A stretch of DNA of 64,000 nt from Phycisphaerae bacterium (GCA_963666835.2 CAXXGO010000001.1:800001-864000); one strand, 5' to 3'; counted from the first letter of the stretch, positions 36,991-47,335 are shown. Made by a program: numbers and translations. The notes: generated from the sequence alone by a model not told the origin.

Positions 36991-37841
36991 ATGTGCTATC
37001 GCGATTGATGCTGTTTGTCTGCATTGTCGGCACGGTTGTGCCGGGTTCGCGGGCCTGCGCGAACGATTTCGCGTTGGATACGGAGGCCACGTTGCAGAGG
37101 GCCCTGGACGATTTCGATCAGGCCCAACAGTTGCTGGCCGACAGTCCGGACCGGTCCCGGCAGCTCTACCGTGCCGCCGCCCAGCGTTTCGAGAGCATAG
37201 TTGCATCCGGGATTGTCAACGGTAGGCTCGAATACAACTTGGCCAACTGCTATCTTCAAGCGGGCGACCTCGGACAGGCAGTGCTGCATTACCGGCGAGC
37301 CCAGCGGTTGATTCCGCGGGATCCTTTGCTGGCCGACAACCTGGCGGAAGCGCGCTCGCGCTGCCTGACCTCGATTCAACCGACCCGGCGTAGCGCCGTA
37401 CTGCGAAGCGTGTTCTTCTGGCATTTTGAGACCTCGACCGCCGCGCGGTGTCGAGTAGCCGTCACGTTGTATATCGCCTTTTGGATTCTGCTGGTCATTC
37501 GCAGTTTGGCTCCGCGGAAGACCGCGAACGTGGCCGCGGCGATCTGTGGTGTTGTGACGCTGGTCCTGGCGTGTTCGATCGGCCAGGAGCAATGGGCCGA
37601 GCGGCGGGTTCCGGAAGGCGTGGTTACGGAGATGGACGTGGTAGTCCACAAAGGGCCCTCGGCAAGCTATCAGCGGCAGTTCGAGCAGCCTTTGCAGCCT
37701 GGGGTGGAGTTCACTCTGCGCGAGCGGCGTGGAAGCTGGTGGAAGATCGAGCTGGCTGACGGCAAGTCCGGCTGGGTGGAGAACACCGCGGCCGAGCTGG
37801 TGGTACCGCCTTCCGCCCGTCTGTTCACCATGCCTCTATGA
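36987..37841 (+). CDS. batE: BatE-like TPR + SH3b protein
   Basis: YNLANCY...G..G.AVLHYRRA....PRD; C-terminal W.KIELADGKSGWV. Confidence 0.8.
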   Translation: MNVLSRLMLFVCIVGTVVPGSRACANDFALDTEATLQRALDDFDQAQQLLADSPDRSRQLYRAAAQRFESIVASGIVNGRLEYNLANCYLQAGDLGQAVLHYRRAQRLIPRDPLLADNLAEARSRCLTSIQPTRRSAVLRSVFFWHFETSTAARCRVAVTLYIAFWILLVIRSLAPRKTANVAAAICGVVTLVLACSIGQEQWAERRVPEGVVTEMDVVVHKGPSASYQRQFEQPLQPGVEFTLRERRGSWWKIELADGKSGWVENTAAELVVPPSARLFTMPL

Positions 37842-38210
37842 GTCAGGTCCGTAGAAGAAGGGGGCCGGCTCTGCGCTGATTCCCGCTTGCGGTATCAAGA
37901 GAGGCATTCGACGAGACCCATGGACCTTCTTCCGCTCTCCCGGGTGCGTGCGAACAGCCGGCCCGCAAGATGACTGACTTAGGTGGGGGCATCCTGCCCA
38001 CCGTGTAATCTCTCCCTTCGATCGGGCGTCGTTCACTTGAAATCTACGTGGCTTGACGAATGAGGTTTTCTCGGTTTTTTCGTTCTTGTTTACCGGACGG
38101 CGCGGTACAATGAATGTCCAGTCGGGGTAGTTCGGTTCGGTGGAAGGCGCGAGACGCCTGTCCGTCCGATCCGTTTGGGGTTGAGGTGAACGCTATCTGG
38201 GGGACAAATC

Positions 38211-39419
38211 ATGCAAGCTGAAAGACTCGCGGTAATGGGGATTCTCGCGGTCGGATTGGTTCTGTTCGAGGGTGTCGGAGAGGTGCGCGCGGGAGACCGC
38301 GACGGCGACGGCGTACCGGACGGGTTGGACGTTTGCGACAACACCCCGGCAGGGACCGCGGTGGATCTGCTGGGCCGACCGTACGGTGATTTGGATTACG
38401 ACTGCGACACCGATCTGGACGACTATGCGATGTTGGGTGGAGCGGCAACGGGTCTGCTGCTGGACGACTTTGCGATTTTGCAAAACGCGGTGACCGGGGC
38501 TCTCGTCCCCGGTATCTCGGGGATGGCGCCCATCCCCGGCGGGGAACTGGCGATCGGTTGCCACGCGGAAATGGGCGACGTTTGCTTGCCCGATGAGCTG
38601 CCTGTGCATGATATCTACGTGGATTCGTTCCTCATGGGTATCTACGAGGTAACGAACGCTCAGTACTGTGAATACCTCAACTCCGCCTACCGGCGCGGGC
38701 TGATCCGGGTTCTGACGGGCATAGTGTACAAGAACGGTGGGTACTGGCCTTACTGTGATACGAACTCCGTGGATTCTCACAGCCGGATCCATTGGGATGG
38801 CGAGGTGTTTACGGTTACCCCGCAAAAGGAGTTTCATCCCGTCGTAGAGGTGAGTTGGTACGGCGCAGCGGCGTACGCGAATTGGCTCAGTAAACGACAC
38901 CTGCGCACACCGTGCTATAGTCTGTCCAATTGGACGTGCGATTTCGCTGCCGATGGATATCGGTTACCGACCGAAGCGGAGTGGGAGTACGCGGCTCGGG
39001 GTGACGATGCCTACCCGTACGACGCGTATCCCTGGGGCTTCAGCTACTCCGAGTCAAAAGCCAACTACGAGTTCTCCGGAGATCCGTACGAAGTCGGGCC
39101 GCTTCCATGGACCACCCCGGTGGGTTATTACGATGGAGGACAAGTGCCCGCCGGAGTGGATATGGCCAACGGCTACGGGCTGTACGACATCGCCGGGAAC
39201 GTGTGGGAATGGTGCCACGATTGGTACGACGCCGACTACTACGAGTACAGCTCGTACGACAATCCGTCGGGCCCGTATGAAGCTACCTATCGAGTTCTGC
39301 GCGGAGGGGCGTGGAGCGATGCCGGGGAGTTCCTCCGCTCTGCCGGCCGCAACCGGGATTGGCCGAACGCCAGGTACCGCGCGGTCGGGTTCCGACTTGT
39401 GATCAGAGATTCGAACTGA
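38211..39419 (+). CDS. Secreted FGE-sulfatase (SUMF1/EgtB/PvdO-like) domain protein with an N-terminal Asp-rich module
   Basis: YEVTNAQY, HPVVEVSW, RLPTEAEWEYAARG, NGYGLYDIAGNVWEWC.DWY, RVLRGGAW, GFRLV; lacks the FGE catalytic Cys pair. Confidence 0.88.
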   Translation: MQAERLAVMGILAVGLVLFEGVGEVRAGDRDGDGVPDGLDVCDNTPAGTAVDLLGRPYGDLDYDCDTDLDDYAMLGGAATGLLLDDFAILQNAVTGALVPGISGMAPIPGGELAIGCHAEMGDVCLPDELPVHDIYVDSFLMGIYEVTNAQYCEYLNSAYRRGLIRVLTGIVYKNGGYWPYCDTNSVDSHSRIHWDGEVFTVTPQKEFHPVVEVSWYGAAAYANWLSKRHLRTPCYSLSNWTCDFAADGYRLPTEAEWEYAARGDDAYPYDAYPWGFSYSESKANYEFSGDPYEVGPLPWTTPVGYYDGGQVPAGVDMANGYGLYDIAGNVWEWCHDWYDADYYEYSSYDNPSGPYEATYRVLRGGAWSDAGEFLRSAGRNRDWPNARYRAVGFRLVIRDSN

Positions 39420-39450
39420 CCGGAGCTCGGGCCGTTGAGGCGCTAAGCAC

Positions 39451-40404
39451 CTACTCCCAAGCCGGATAATGCGGCAAGCGGCCGGTGAGCACCCGGACGA
39501 CGTCGTCGACCACAGCGTTCATCCGTGACAGCCCTTCAACAGTACGGGCTGCCACGTGCGGGGTCAGTAGCGTGTTCGGTGCACGTAGAAGAGGATCGTC
39601 CGGCGCCGGGGGCTCCGGGTCGAATACATCCAACGCCGCGCCGGCTAACCGGCCGGACTCGAGGGCTCGGGCTAAAGCGGTTCGCTCTACGACCGCGCCT
39701 CGCGCTGTGTTAATCAACACGGCAGACGGCTGGAAACGGGCCAATGCTGCTTCGCCGATCAGGCGGTGCGTCAGCTCGGTTAGCGGTACGTGGAGGCTGA
39801 CCACGTCCGCCCGAGCATACAGTTCCTCTTTCTCCACCGGTTCCGCCACGAAGTCCAGCCAACCCGGCGCTACGATGTCGTTGTAAATAACGGACATTCC
39901 GAATCCACGCCGGCACCGTCGGGCGACCGCCTTGCCGATCCGACCAAGCCCGATGATTCCCAGCGTCAGCTTCGACAAGTCGCGGCCGACATTGCAGCTC
40001 CGGGCCTCCGCGAACTGCCCGGCACGCACGGTGCGGTCACCCGCAGACATCCCTCGGATAAGATCGATCATCAAACCCACGGTGAGGTCTGCCACCGCTC
40101 CCGTGGCTGCCGCAGGCGTATACACCACCGCAATTCCTCGCTCACGAGCCGCGTCTATGTCGATATTCTCCAGCCCAACGCCGCCGCGACCTACGACCCG
40201 CAGGCGCGTTGCGGCCTCCAGAACGTCGCGATTCACCTGTGCATAGCTTCGCACCAGCAGTGCGTCGCAGTCTGCGACCGCTGCCGTAAGGGTCTTTGCT
40301 TCGAAGTCTTCCAGAATCGTTACCCGGCCTGCCGCGCGTAAGCTCTCGATTGCCGCTGGGCTGTACGGCTCCGCAACCACAATGTGAGGAAGCTCATCAT
40401 TCAT
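39451..40404 (-). CDS. D-isomer-specific 2-hydroxyacid dehydrogenase (SerA-like, no ACT domain)
   Basis: RGGVGLENID, GIIGLGRIG, SLHVPLT, INTARG, LDVFDPEP, TPHVA. Confidence 0.9.
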   Translation of the reverse strand: MNDELPHIVVAEPYSPAAIESLRAAGRVTILEDFEAKTLTAAVADCDALLVRSYAQVNRDVLEAATRLRVVGRGGVGLENIDIDAARERGIAVVYTPAAATGAVADLTVGLMIDLIRGMSAGDRTVRAGQFAEARSCNVGRDLSKLTLGIIGLGRIGKAVARRCRRGFGMSVIYNDIVAPGWLDFVAEPVEKEELYARADVVSLHVPLTELTHRLIGEAALARFQPSAVLINTARGAVVERTALARALESGRLAGAALDVFDPEPPAPDDPLLRAPNTLLTPHVAARTVEGLSRMNAVVDDVVRVLTGRLPHYPAWE

Positions 40405-40559
40405 GACGCGCGATGATCCGACCGCGATGTCGTCAAGTCAACCGGAAGAACAAGAGCGGCGGCATATTGATGATGGTACAACAGGTGCGAAAAAGCAGGA
40501 TGCGGACCGACCGCAATCACCCCCCGACGAGTGTCCGACCGCGCCTCACGGACCGAGGA

Positions 40560-40676
40560 TCAGCCGATCGGCTGAGCCCACAAGGCAACCGCCAGGAACA
40601 CGAGAATCGTGGTGACGATGAGCCAGAACCGGTGGTAAACACCAGCCCCGTGCCGTGGGTGGAGTGATAGAGCCAT
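40560..40676 (-). CDS. Possible 38-aa single-TM peptide
   Basis: ATG with upstream GGAG; MALSLHPRHGAGVYHRFWLIVTTILVFLAVALWAQPIG. Confidence 0.35.
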   Translation of the reverse strand: MALSLHPRHGAGVYHRFWLIVTTILVFLAVALWAQPIG

Positions 40677-40835
40677 GACTGCATCTCCAGCCCGAGCCGG
40701 CCTGCCGGCCGGACCACACCGGCCAAGCATGCCTCCAACCTTAATACTACAACATAGTTGGCTCGAAGGCACAGGAAAACTAACGCAGAGCCCGATACGC
40801 TGGCGGGTTCTGCCTCCTTCATTATGATCGGACGT

Positions 40836-41657
40836 ATGACCGAGCCGCTCAATCGTGATCTTCTCGCCCTGGCCCAGAGGCTTGCCCTTGACGCATGCGA
40901 CATGACCCGCTCCCACCACGGGCCGGTTGCCACGCGCCGAAAGGCCGATACCAGCGTTGTTACCGAGATGGACACGGCCATTCAGGACCACATCCTCTCG
41001 ACCATTGCCCAAACCTATCCCGATCATGCTGTACGAGCGGAGGAAACCGTCGAGAAACCCACCGCCCACGCAGATCCAGCCACCGCTCGCTATTGCTGGG
41101 TCATCGATCCGCTCGACGGGACCCGCAACTACGCGTCCGGGTTCCCCTTCTTCGGGACTGCGATTGCCGTGCTCGATAACGGACGCCCGGTCGTGGGGGT
41201 GTTCCACGAGCACAACACGAAGGCCATGTACTCGGCTACCTCCGGTGGCGGCGCCATGCTGAATGACCGAGCTGCTCATCCGTGCGAAGTGGCGGCAGGC
41301 GATGACCTCTTGTTGGGCATTCCTTCAAGTAAGGATTCATTGACTCTCGGCGTGATCCGGAGATGGACGAGCACCCGCGGTTTCATCTGTCGTAACGTGG
41401 GGTCCACGGCCGCTCACTTGGGGATGGTTGCCTCGGGAGCCCTGTCCGGGGCATTCGCCAAGCAGTGTAAGCTGTGGGATATCGCAGCCGGGTGGCTGTT
41501 GATCAAGGAGTCCGGGGGGATTATCACCGATCCACGCGGGGGCGAGCTGGTGCCGTTTTCGCTAACCGGTGACCCGAACGCTGACGTGCCTTACCTAGCG
41601 GCTTGTCCGGACATCCATCGCCGGCTGCTCGACACCATTCCGAACTCGGCTTCGTAA
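40836..41657 (+). CDS. Inositol monophosphatase family protein (SuhB-like)
   Basis: VVTEMD, AEE, WVIDPLDGTRNY, WDIAAG..LI.E.GG. Confidence 0.9.
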   Translation: MTEPLNRDLLALAQRLALDACDMTRSHHGPVATRRKADTSVVTEMDTAIQDHILSTIAQTYPDHAVRAEETVEKPTAHADPATARYCWVIDPLDGTRNYASGFPFFGTAIAVLDNGRPVVGVFHEHNTKAMYSATSGGGAMLNDRAAHPCEVAAGDDLLLGIPSSKDSLTLGVIRRWTSTRGFICRNVGSTAAHLGMVASGALSGAFAKQCKLWDIAAGWLLIKESGGIITDPRGGELVPFSLTGDPNADVPYLAACPDIHRRLLDTIPNSAS

Positions 41658-41804
41658 CGGGCGGGCTCGCGGATGTGCTGGCCAAACGCGGCCCCTTCGA
41701 TTACAAACTTGGTTCTGTATTGACGATGGATCGGTCGCGTGTCGCCCGGTGCGAGGGTGGAGGATTGCGGCCGGAGTGTTTCAACTTGCTGCAAGGAAAG
41801 ACAA

Positions 41805-43355
41805 ATGCTGCCGCCTTATCGACCGGAACCCTATGTTGATTTCAATCAGGATGAACCACGCACGAAGATGCTCGCCGCCTTGAAGCAGGTGGAGGGTGAG
41901 CTGGGCCGCACCTATCCTCTGTGGATCAACGGTGAGGCGGTCACGCCGGCGGAGACTTTTTCGTCGACCTCCCCGGCCGATCCGACCCGGGTAATCGGGA
42001 CCGTGAGCAAGGCTAATGCCGACCTGGCGGATCGGGCGGTGCGCTCGGCGGCCGAGGCTTTCAAGACCTGGAGTCACTATGACCCCCATGCCCGAGCACG
42101 GATCATAATCAAGGGGGCGGCGATTGCCCGTCGTCGCATCTACGAGCTGAGCGCGTGGATGTGCTACGAGGAGAGCAAGAGCTGGATCGAGGCCTACGCG
42201 GACACTTGCGAGGCTATCGATTTCATGGACTTCTACGGTCGCGAGATGATGCGGTTGGCGGGCTCGCATCCGGTAACGCCGTACCCGGGCGAAGAGAATG
42301 ACTATCGCTATATACCGCTCGGTGTCGGAGTGGTGATTCCGCCTTGGAACTTCCCGCTGGCTATCTGCTGCGGAATGACTACCGCGGCGCTGGTTACGGG
42401 TAACACGGTGTGTCTCAAGCCGGCCAGCACCTCGCCGGTGGTCGCGGCCAAACTGGTCGAGATCCTGCACCAGGCGGGGCTTCCCAAGAACGTGTTGAAT
42501 TTCGTACCGGGCCCCGGTGGTAGCGTCGGGGATGTCATGGTTTGTCACCCGCTCACCCGGTTTATCTCTTTTACGGGTTCGCGCGAGGTCGGCACGGGCA
42601 TCTTCGAGAAAGCCGCCAAGGTCCAGCCCGGACAGATCTGGCTGAAGCGCACCGTTTTGGAGATGGGCGGCAAGGACTGCATCATGGCCGACGAAACCGC
42701 CGACGTCGATGCGGTGGCGGAGGGTGCCGTGGCTTCGGCATTTGGTTTCCAGGGTCAGAAGTGCTCGGCGTGCAGCCGGCTCATTCTCCACAAGGACATT
42801 TACGACGCCGTGCTCGAGCGCGTTGTGGCCCGGTCTCGAGAGTTGACCGTCGGTGATACCGTCGGTCCGAACAACCTGAACATGGGGGCGGTCATCGATA
42901 AGTCCGCTTACGACAAGATCAACGAGTACATCGGGATCGGCAAGGGTGAAGGTCGCATGGTGCTCGGGGGCGGCGACGTTCCGGCCAACGGTTTCTTCGT
43001 GCCGCCGACGATCATCGCCGACGTGAAGCCCAACGCCCGAATCGCTCAGGAGGAGATCTTCGGCCCGGTGCTGGCAGTCATTCCTTGCGGCAGTTTCGAC
43101 GAGGGACTGGAGATTGCCAACGGGACCGAGTACGGGCTGACCGGCGGGTGCTTCTCGCGGGACCGTTCCCGGCTCGAGCGGGCTCGGTATGACTTCCACG
43201 TAGGCAACCTGTACCTGAACCGCAAGTGTACCGGGGCGCTGGTCGATGTGCAGCCCTTCGGCGGATTCAACATGTCCGGCACGGACTCCAAGGCCGGCGG
43301 ACGCGATTACTTGCAGTTGTTCATGCAGGGCAAGAGCATCACCGAACGTCTCTGA
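41805..43355 (+). CDS. pruA: L-glutamate gamma-semialdehyde (1-pyrroline-5-carboxylate) dehydrogenase
   Basis: PPWNFPLAI, FTGSREVG, LEMGGKD, FGFQGQKCSACSR, EEIFGPV, GNLYLNRKCTGALV..QPFGGFNMSGTDSKAGG. Confidence 0.93.
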   Translation: MLPPYRPEPYVDFNQDEPRTKMLAALKQVEGELGRTYPLWINGEAVTPAETFSSTSPADPTRVIGTVSKANADLADRAVRSAAEAFKTWSHYDPHARARIIIKGAAIARRRIYELSAWMCYEESKSWIEAYADTCEAIDFMDFYGREMMRLAGSHPVTPYPGEENDYRYIPLGVGVVIPPWNFPLAICCGMTTAALVTGNTVCLKPASTSPVVAAKLVEILHQAGLPKNVLNFVPGPGGSVGDVMVCHPLTRFISFTGSREVGTGIFEKAAKVQPGQIWLKRTVLEMGGKDCIMADETADVDAVAEGAVASAFGFQGQKCSACSRLILHKDIYDAVLERVVARSRELTVGDTVGPNNLNMGAVIDKSAYDKINEYIGIGKGEGRMVLGGGDVPANGFFVPPTIIADVKPNARIAQEEIFGPVLAVIPCGSFDEGLEIANGTEYGLTGGCFSRDRSRLERARYDFHVGNLYLNRKCTGALVDVQPFGGFNMSGTDSKAGGRDYLQLFMQGKSITERL

Positions 43356-43431
43356 TTCGTTCACGCGACGTTCGAACGCATGATCGTTCAGTAAGACCCG
43401 TCCGGCGTAGGGGCGGAGTGCGGAGCGGGGC

Positions 43432-44103
43432 ATGCTTAATACGGCTTTCGAAGGGTTCACGCCAACGCCGCAAGATATGGAGTATCTGCTCCGTCTCGCT
43501 ACTGCGGTAGTACTCGGCGGGCTTATCGGCTTGGAGCGCGAGCTGCACGATAAGCCCGCCGGGTTTCGAACCATCATCCTCATCTCGGTGGGGGCGTGCG
43601 TCTTCACCATTCTGTCGCAGTTGGTCGGCGGTCCCGATTGGAACTCGACCCGCATCGCCGCACAGATTGTCACCGGGATCGGCTTCCTCGGCGCCGGGGC
43701 GATTCTGCGCGATCGGCACAGCGTGCTCGGGCTGACTACCGCGGCCACCATTTGGGCGGTCGCGGCCGTGGGTATGGCGGTGGGCTTCGGTCATTATGTC
43801 TTCGGCACCTTTGGGGCGGTGACCATTCTGGTCGTGCTGTTCGCCTTCGATGTGGTGGAAGACTGGATCGGCGACCTCCGCGACGTGCAGGAATACGATT
43901 TCTCCATCGCCAAGACGGACGACGTGATGGAACGCGTCTCGGCCGTGTTTGCCAAGGCCAAGCTCCACACCAAGAAACGCCACTGCTATGAAGAGGGCGA
44001 CCTGCTGGTCTTCAGGATCGTGGCCATGGGCGCCAAAACCAACCACGACACCCTCCGCCTGACCCTCGCCCAGTCCAACGAATACAAGCTGCGCCGATCG
44101 TAA
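43432..44103 (+). CDS. MgtC/SapB family membrane protein
   Basis: IGLERE...KPAGFRT, RIAAQIVTGIGFLGAG, GLTTAATIW. Confidence 0.92.
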   Translation: MLNTAFEGFTPTPQDMEYLLRLATAVVLGGLIGLERELHDKPAGFRTIILISVGACVFTILSQLVGGPDWNSTRIAAQIVTGIGFLGAGAILRDRHSVLGLTTAATIWAVAAVGMAVGFGHYVFGTFGAVTILVVLFAFDVVEDWIGDLRDVQEYDFSIAKTDDVMERVSAVFAKAKLHTKKRHCYEEGDLLVFRIVAMGAKTNHDTLRLTLAQSNEYKLRRS

Positions 44104-44135
44104 CGACTAGTTTTCGAGGCGTCCCGAGGCGGCGG

Positions 44136-44181
44136 GAAAAAGGTGGTCGGCATGCCCGTGGGACAACCGGACATGCCAACC
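44136..44181 (-). terminator. Probable intrinsic terminator between the convergent mgtC-like and S8 genes
   Basis: GGTCGGCATGCCCG / CGGACATGCCAACC stem (12 of 14 complementary), followed by a short T-run on the minus strand. Confidence 0.55.
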
Positions 44182-44196
44182 TTCTGCAGGGGACCG

Positions 44197-46590
44197 TTAT
44201 GGGCACATCGCCGGATCACTGAACGGATACGGCTCGCCCTTGAATCCTTGGACAATACGAGAGATGTCCGTCATATTGACGATCGTATTAGGTATCTCCC
44301 CGTCAAGATCCACCCAGGTAAAGTGCGGCGCCGTCGGCGCGTACTGGAATCTCTGAATCGCGGCCATGATGTCCTCCATCGTGACCAGCCCGTTGGGCGG
44401 ACCCCAAGTCCCCGCATCCATCGGACCGACCGTGTCCGCCCACAACTTCGGACTCGGCTCGGGAACGGTGTCTATCATTAGCGGCTCAGAGAGAATCACT
44501 TCGTATGCCATTGCCCGCACGGCGTAGGTGGCCGCCGGCACTATTTCACACGCTCCGACGTGAATCACCGGCTCCAACCAGTCGCGGGTCACCGGCTCGC
44601 TGGACAGTCGAGCCACCGCGTTGGCATCCGGCTCTCCCACCCAACCGAGTACCCCAACGGAACCCGGAAAGTGCGTACTGTCCGTCAGCTCTACCTGGTA
44701 GGCCACGCCTTCGGCACCGGCCGGATCGAACGAAATGTACCGGTTCTTCTGCACATTATGCGGCTCCGGAGCCGCGGAGGGCGGCACGACTTCACACTCG
44801 TCCGGCACCCCGTTGGCGTTCTCGTCCTGCGAGGTTCCGCCGGATATATCACAGGCATCAACAAGCCCGTTGCCGTTGCAGTCGTCGTAATCGCCGGCCG
44901 GACCCAGATCGCATTCGTCCGGCACGCCGTTGCCGTTGCAGTCTTCGCTCGTCGAGCCGGCGATATCGGTTTCGTCGTCGATCCCGTTCCCGTTGCAGTC
45001 CCCGGCGTGCGCCGCGACGGCATTAATGACGCCGTATCCGCGCACATAAGTGGGCTCGAACGTCCCGTTGGCAACATAATAGTCGGCCGTGTGGAAGAGA
45101 TGGGCGCGAAGTTGGTCAACCGTCCACGTGGGATGAGCCTGGATCAGACAAGCCATTGCTCCGGCAACCAATGGAGCCGCAAATGACGTTCCGTTCGAAT
45201 CCGTGTAGCCCAGATCGTCGAACGGGTCCACCGTTCTTGTAGCGACTCCCCGAGCCAGTACTTCGGGCTTAACCCGCCCATCGGCTGTAGGACCATCCGA
45301 GCTCGATCCGGCGATGTTCCCGTGACCATCCACCGAACCGCAGGCGATCATCTTGAAGGCATCCCCCGGCACGTCCAGGTGCCAGGTTGTCGGATCGGCG
45401 TCGTGCCCCGCGTTACCGCCGGACTTGCAGCAGTGCATACCGTTGGCCGAAGCAATGTTGACGCCGATGGTGGTTACCGCCGTCAAGCCGTCGTAGTCCT
45501 CCGGCGTATACCAGTCGAGGTACCCCAGTGACGACGTGAACATATCCGCGCCGTTGGTCTCCACGAACTCCAGCGCGGCGACGAAATTGTCTTCTTCGCC
45601 GGGGTACTCGTCGGACTCGTCCTCGGTTTTGCAGAGAATGAACGAAGCGTCGAACGCTCCTCCGATGTACTCCCCAGGGCGATACCCTCCGAGAATCCCC
45701 AAGAGCTTCGTACCGTGGCTGTGTTCGGCGGGTAGGTCGCCGGGATCGATCCCGACATTGCCGTCATCGTGGACGAAGTCCCACTCCGCCAGCACCGTCA
45801 CCGGCTTGACCGGGTCGTTGAAGACCGCATGGGTGGTCTCGCAGCCGGAGTCTATAATCCCCACCACCACTCCCGCGCCGGTGTAGCCGAGGTCGTGCAG
45901 AGCAATCAGGTTGATTTGGGCCAGTTGATTTGTAGCCTCACCGTAGTCCAAGGACCGCGAAGAAACGGAATGGTCACTCGCCGCCGTAGCGACTTTCCCA
46001 GCGGCGTTCTCTGAATCCTCTGGGGCACGCCGGACCCCGCGGCGGACCGGCTGAATGATCTCGACATACGGTAGTTCAGAGATCTCCGCGACCTGCTCGG
46101 CCGTCGCGCGGATGCTCACCGCGTTGAGCCACCTGCTGGTAACGTGTACTTCAACTCCAGTCGCCGTGACCCCGGCGATGTATGCCTCGTTGACCGGCAG
46201 ATCATGCCAGTCAAACAGACCGGGTCGGTTACGCCGCGCTTGCCGCCGCGCAACGGTCCGAGGATTAGAGGTCCTCTCCACCTCAGCGATAGCCGCGTCA
46301 TACGCCCGAGCTGATTCGAACCCCTTGTCCGCGAACATCACCCAGACTTTGGCGGTTTCATCGGCGGAGCCTCGGCCGAACAGGCTAGCGGTTGCGGGAT
46401 GGCCCCGCGACTCGTTCCAAGCCTGCCCGGCCGGGCTCACGCTGACTACCTGCCTCCCGTGGGAGGCTGAAACGCCGTCCGGGAGCCCTCCTGATGAACT
46501 CGCGGCGCAGGCGTGAAGGTCGACGAAACCGGTGGTGGCCATGTACAACGCGAGCGCACGTACAGCGAACTGTGGTAGTGGTCGGAACAT
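44197..46590 (-). CDS. Secreted S8 (subtilisin-like) serine peptidase with DCNxNG repeats and the shared C-terminal module
   Basis: Triad motifs IIDSG, HGT and NGTSFAAP; DGRVKPE; propeptide SRWLNAVS; C-terminus FKGEPYPFSDPAMCP. Confidence 0.92.
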   Translation of the reverse strand: MFRPLPQFAVRALALYMATTGFVDLHACAASSSGGLPDGVSASHGRQVVSVSPAGQAWNESRGHPATASLFGRGSADETAKVWVMFADKGFESARAYDAAIAEVERTSNPRTVARRQARRNRPGLFDWHDLPVNEAYIAGVTATGVEVHVTSRWLNAVSIRATAEQVAEISELPYVEIIQPVRRGVRRAPEDSENAAGKVATAASDHSVSSRSLDYGEATNQLAQINLIALHDLGYTGAGVVVGIIDSGCETTHAVFNDPVKPVTVLAEWDFVHDDGNVGIDPGDLPAEHSHGTKLLGILGGYRPGEYIGGAFDASFILCKTEDESDEYPGEEDNFVAALEFVETNGADMFTSSLGYLDWYTPEDYDGLTAVTTIGVNIASANGMHCCKSGGNAGHDADPTTWHLDVPGDAFKMIACGSVDGHGNIAGSSSDGPTADGRVKPEVLARGVATRTVDPFDDLGYTDSNGTSFAAPLVAGAMACLIQAHPTWTVDQLRAHLFHTADYYVANGTFEPTYVRGYGVINAVAAHAGDCNGNGIDDETDIAGSTSEDCNGNGVPDECDLGPAGDYDDCNGNGLVDACDISGGTSQDENANGVPDECEVVPPSAAPEPHNVQKNRYISFDPAGAEGVAYQVELTDSTHFPGSVGVLGWVGEPDANAVARLSSEPVTRDWLEPVIHVGACEIVPAATYAVRAMAYEVILSEPLMIDTVPEPSPKLWADTVGPMDAGTWGPPNGLVTMEDIMAAIQRFQYAPTAPHFTWVDLDGEIPNTIVNMTDISRIVQGFKGEPYPFSDPAMCP

Positions 46591-46898
46591 GATGGTTTCC
46601 TAGACTGACAATCCCAAACGGGATCGATTGCCGGGACGCGCCTATCCCGGAATTCACTCGCCCCGCTGAACGTCACCGCAGTATTGCTGCCACGGCTTGG
46701 CCATGCGGAAAGCTCCCCATAAAAACTCTAACCGAGATGCCGTCATTTGGCACGAGTTTTTATGTAAGGATTCGTCATAGAAGCTCTGTGCCTTCGAGCG
46801 AGCTCTTAAGACAAGAAACCCCTGCGCTGTTGCACCAACAGCGGGGCCGTCGACACTTCGATGAGCTGAAACTCCGGTACCGATGCCGGACGAACGGA

Positions 46899-47014
46899 GG
46901 GGGGGCGTGGTGGCAGAAGCAAGCTCCTACCGGCCACGCCCCCGGATGAGATAACCTCGATCCTAGCGAGCGACAAGCTCCTACTTCAAGAGGTGTTTCG
47001 TAAGGACTTGTCGC
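46899..47014 (-). other. Candidate structured RNA or leader: two hairpins sharing an 11-nt repeat
   Basis: CAAGCTCCTAC at 46920 and 46974; stems GCGACAAG/CTTGTCGC and GGGGGCGTGG/CCACGCCCCC. Confidence 0.4.
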
Positions 47015-47335
47015 CAAGGGAAGACCCTCACCACGCGATGGGGGCGGCGCGGACGGCAGTGAGCATGTGATTGCCCAAAAAAGTCAACCTAAGAGCCCTA
47101 AACGCCGTTTCCAGCGATCCGCTGAGTAAGCTGTGCTCTCTCCGAAAACGCTGCCGTTTGGCTGCCGGTTCGGACCCTCGGCAGGGTTTCCCCGCCGGGG
47201 CCCGGTGTATTGCTGGGGAACGCGTTTCCGGTACATCCGGTCCGCCCGAAATGTGCCGGGCGTTCCACAATCACGTTCGGAAAAGGCGGGATTGCGTTGC
47301 TGTGCCTGCCGGACGCACCTCGCGCAGCATTTGCG

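Noticed and set aside
28945..37841. moxR-DUF58-bat operon as a novel system
   Set aside because: Well-known conserved operon with ordinary gene order.
39280..39419. FGE-sulfatase C-terminus as a possible diversity-generating retroelement target
   Set aside because: No reverse transcriptase and no second copy (template repeat) of this region seen in the window.
41781..43751. 656-aa antisense ORF, and similar long antisense ORFs at 4838-5821, 17983-18885, 54939-55844 and 58109-59218
   Set aside because: Shadows of well-supported genes on the opposite strand, as expected in high-GC DNA; no recognisable motifs.
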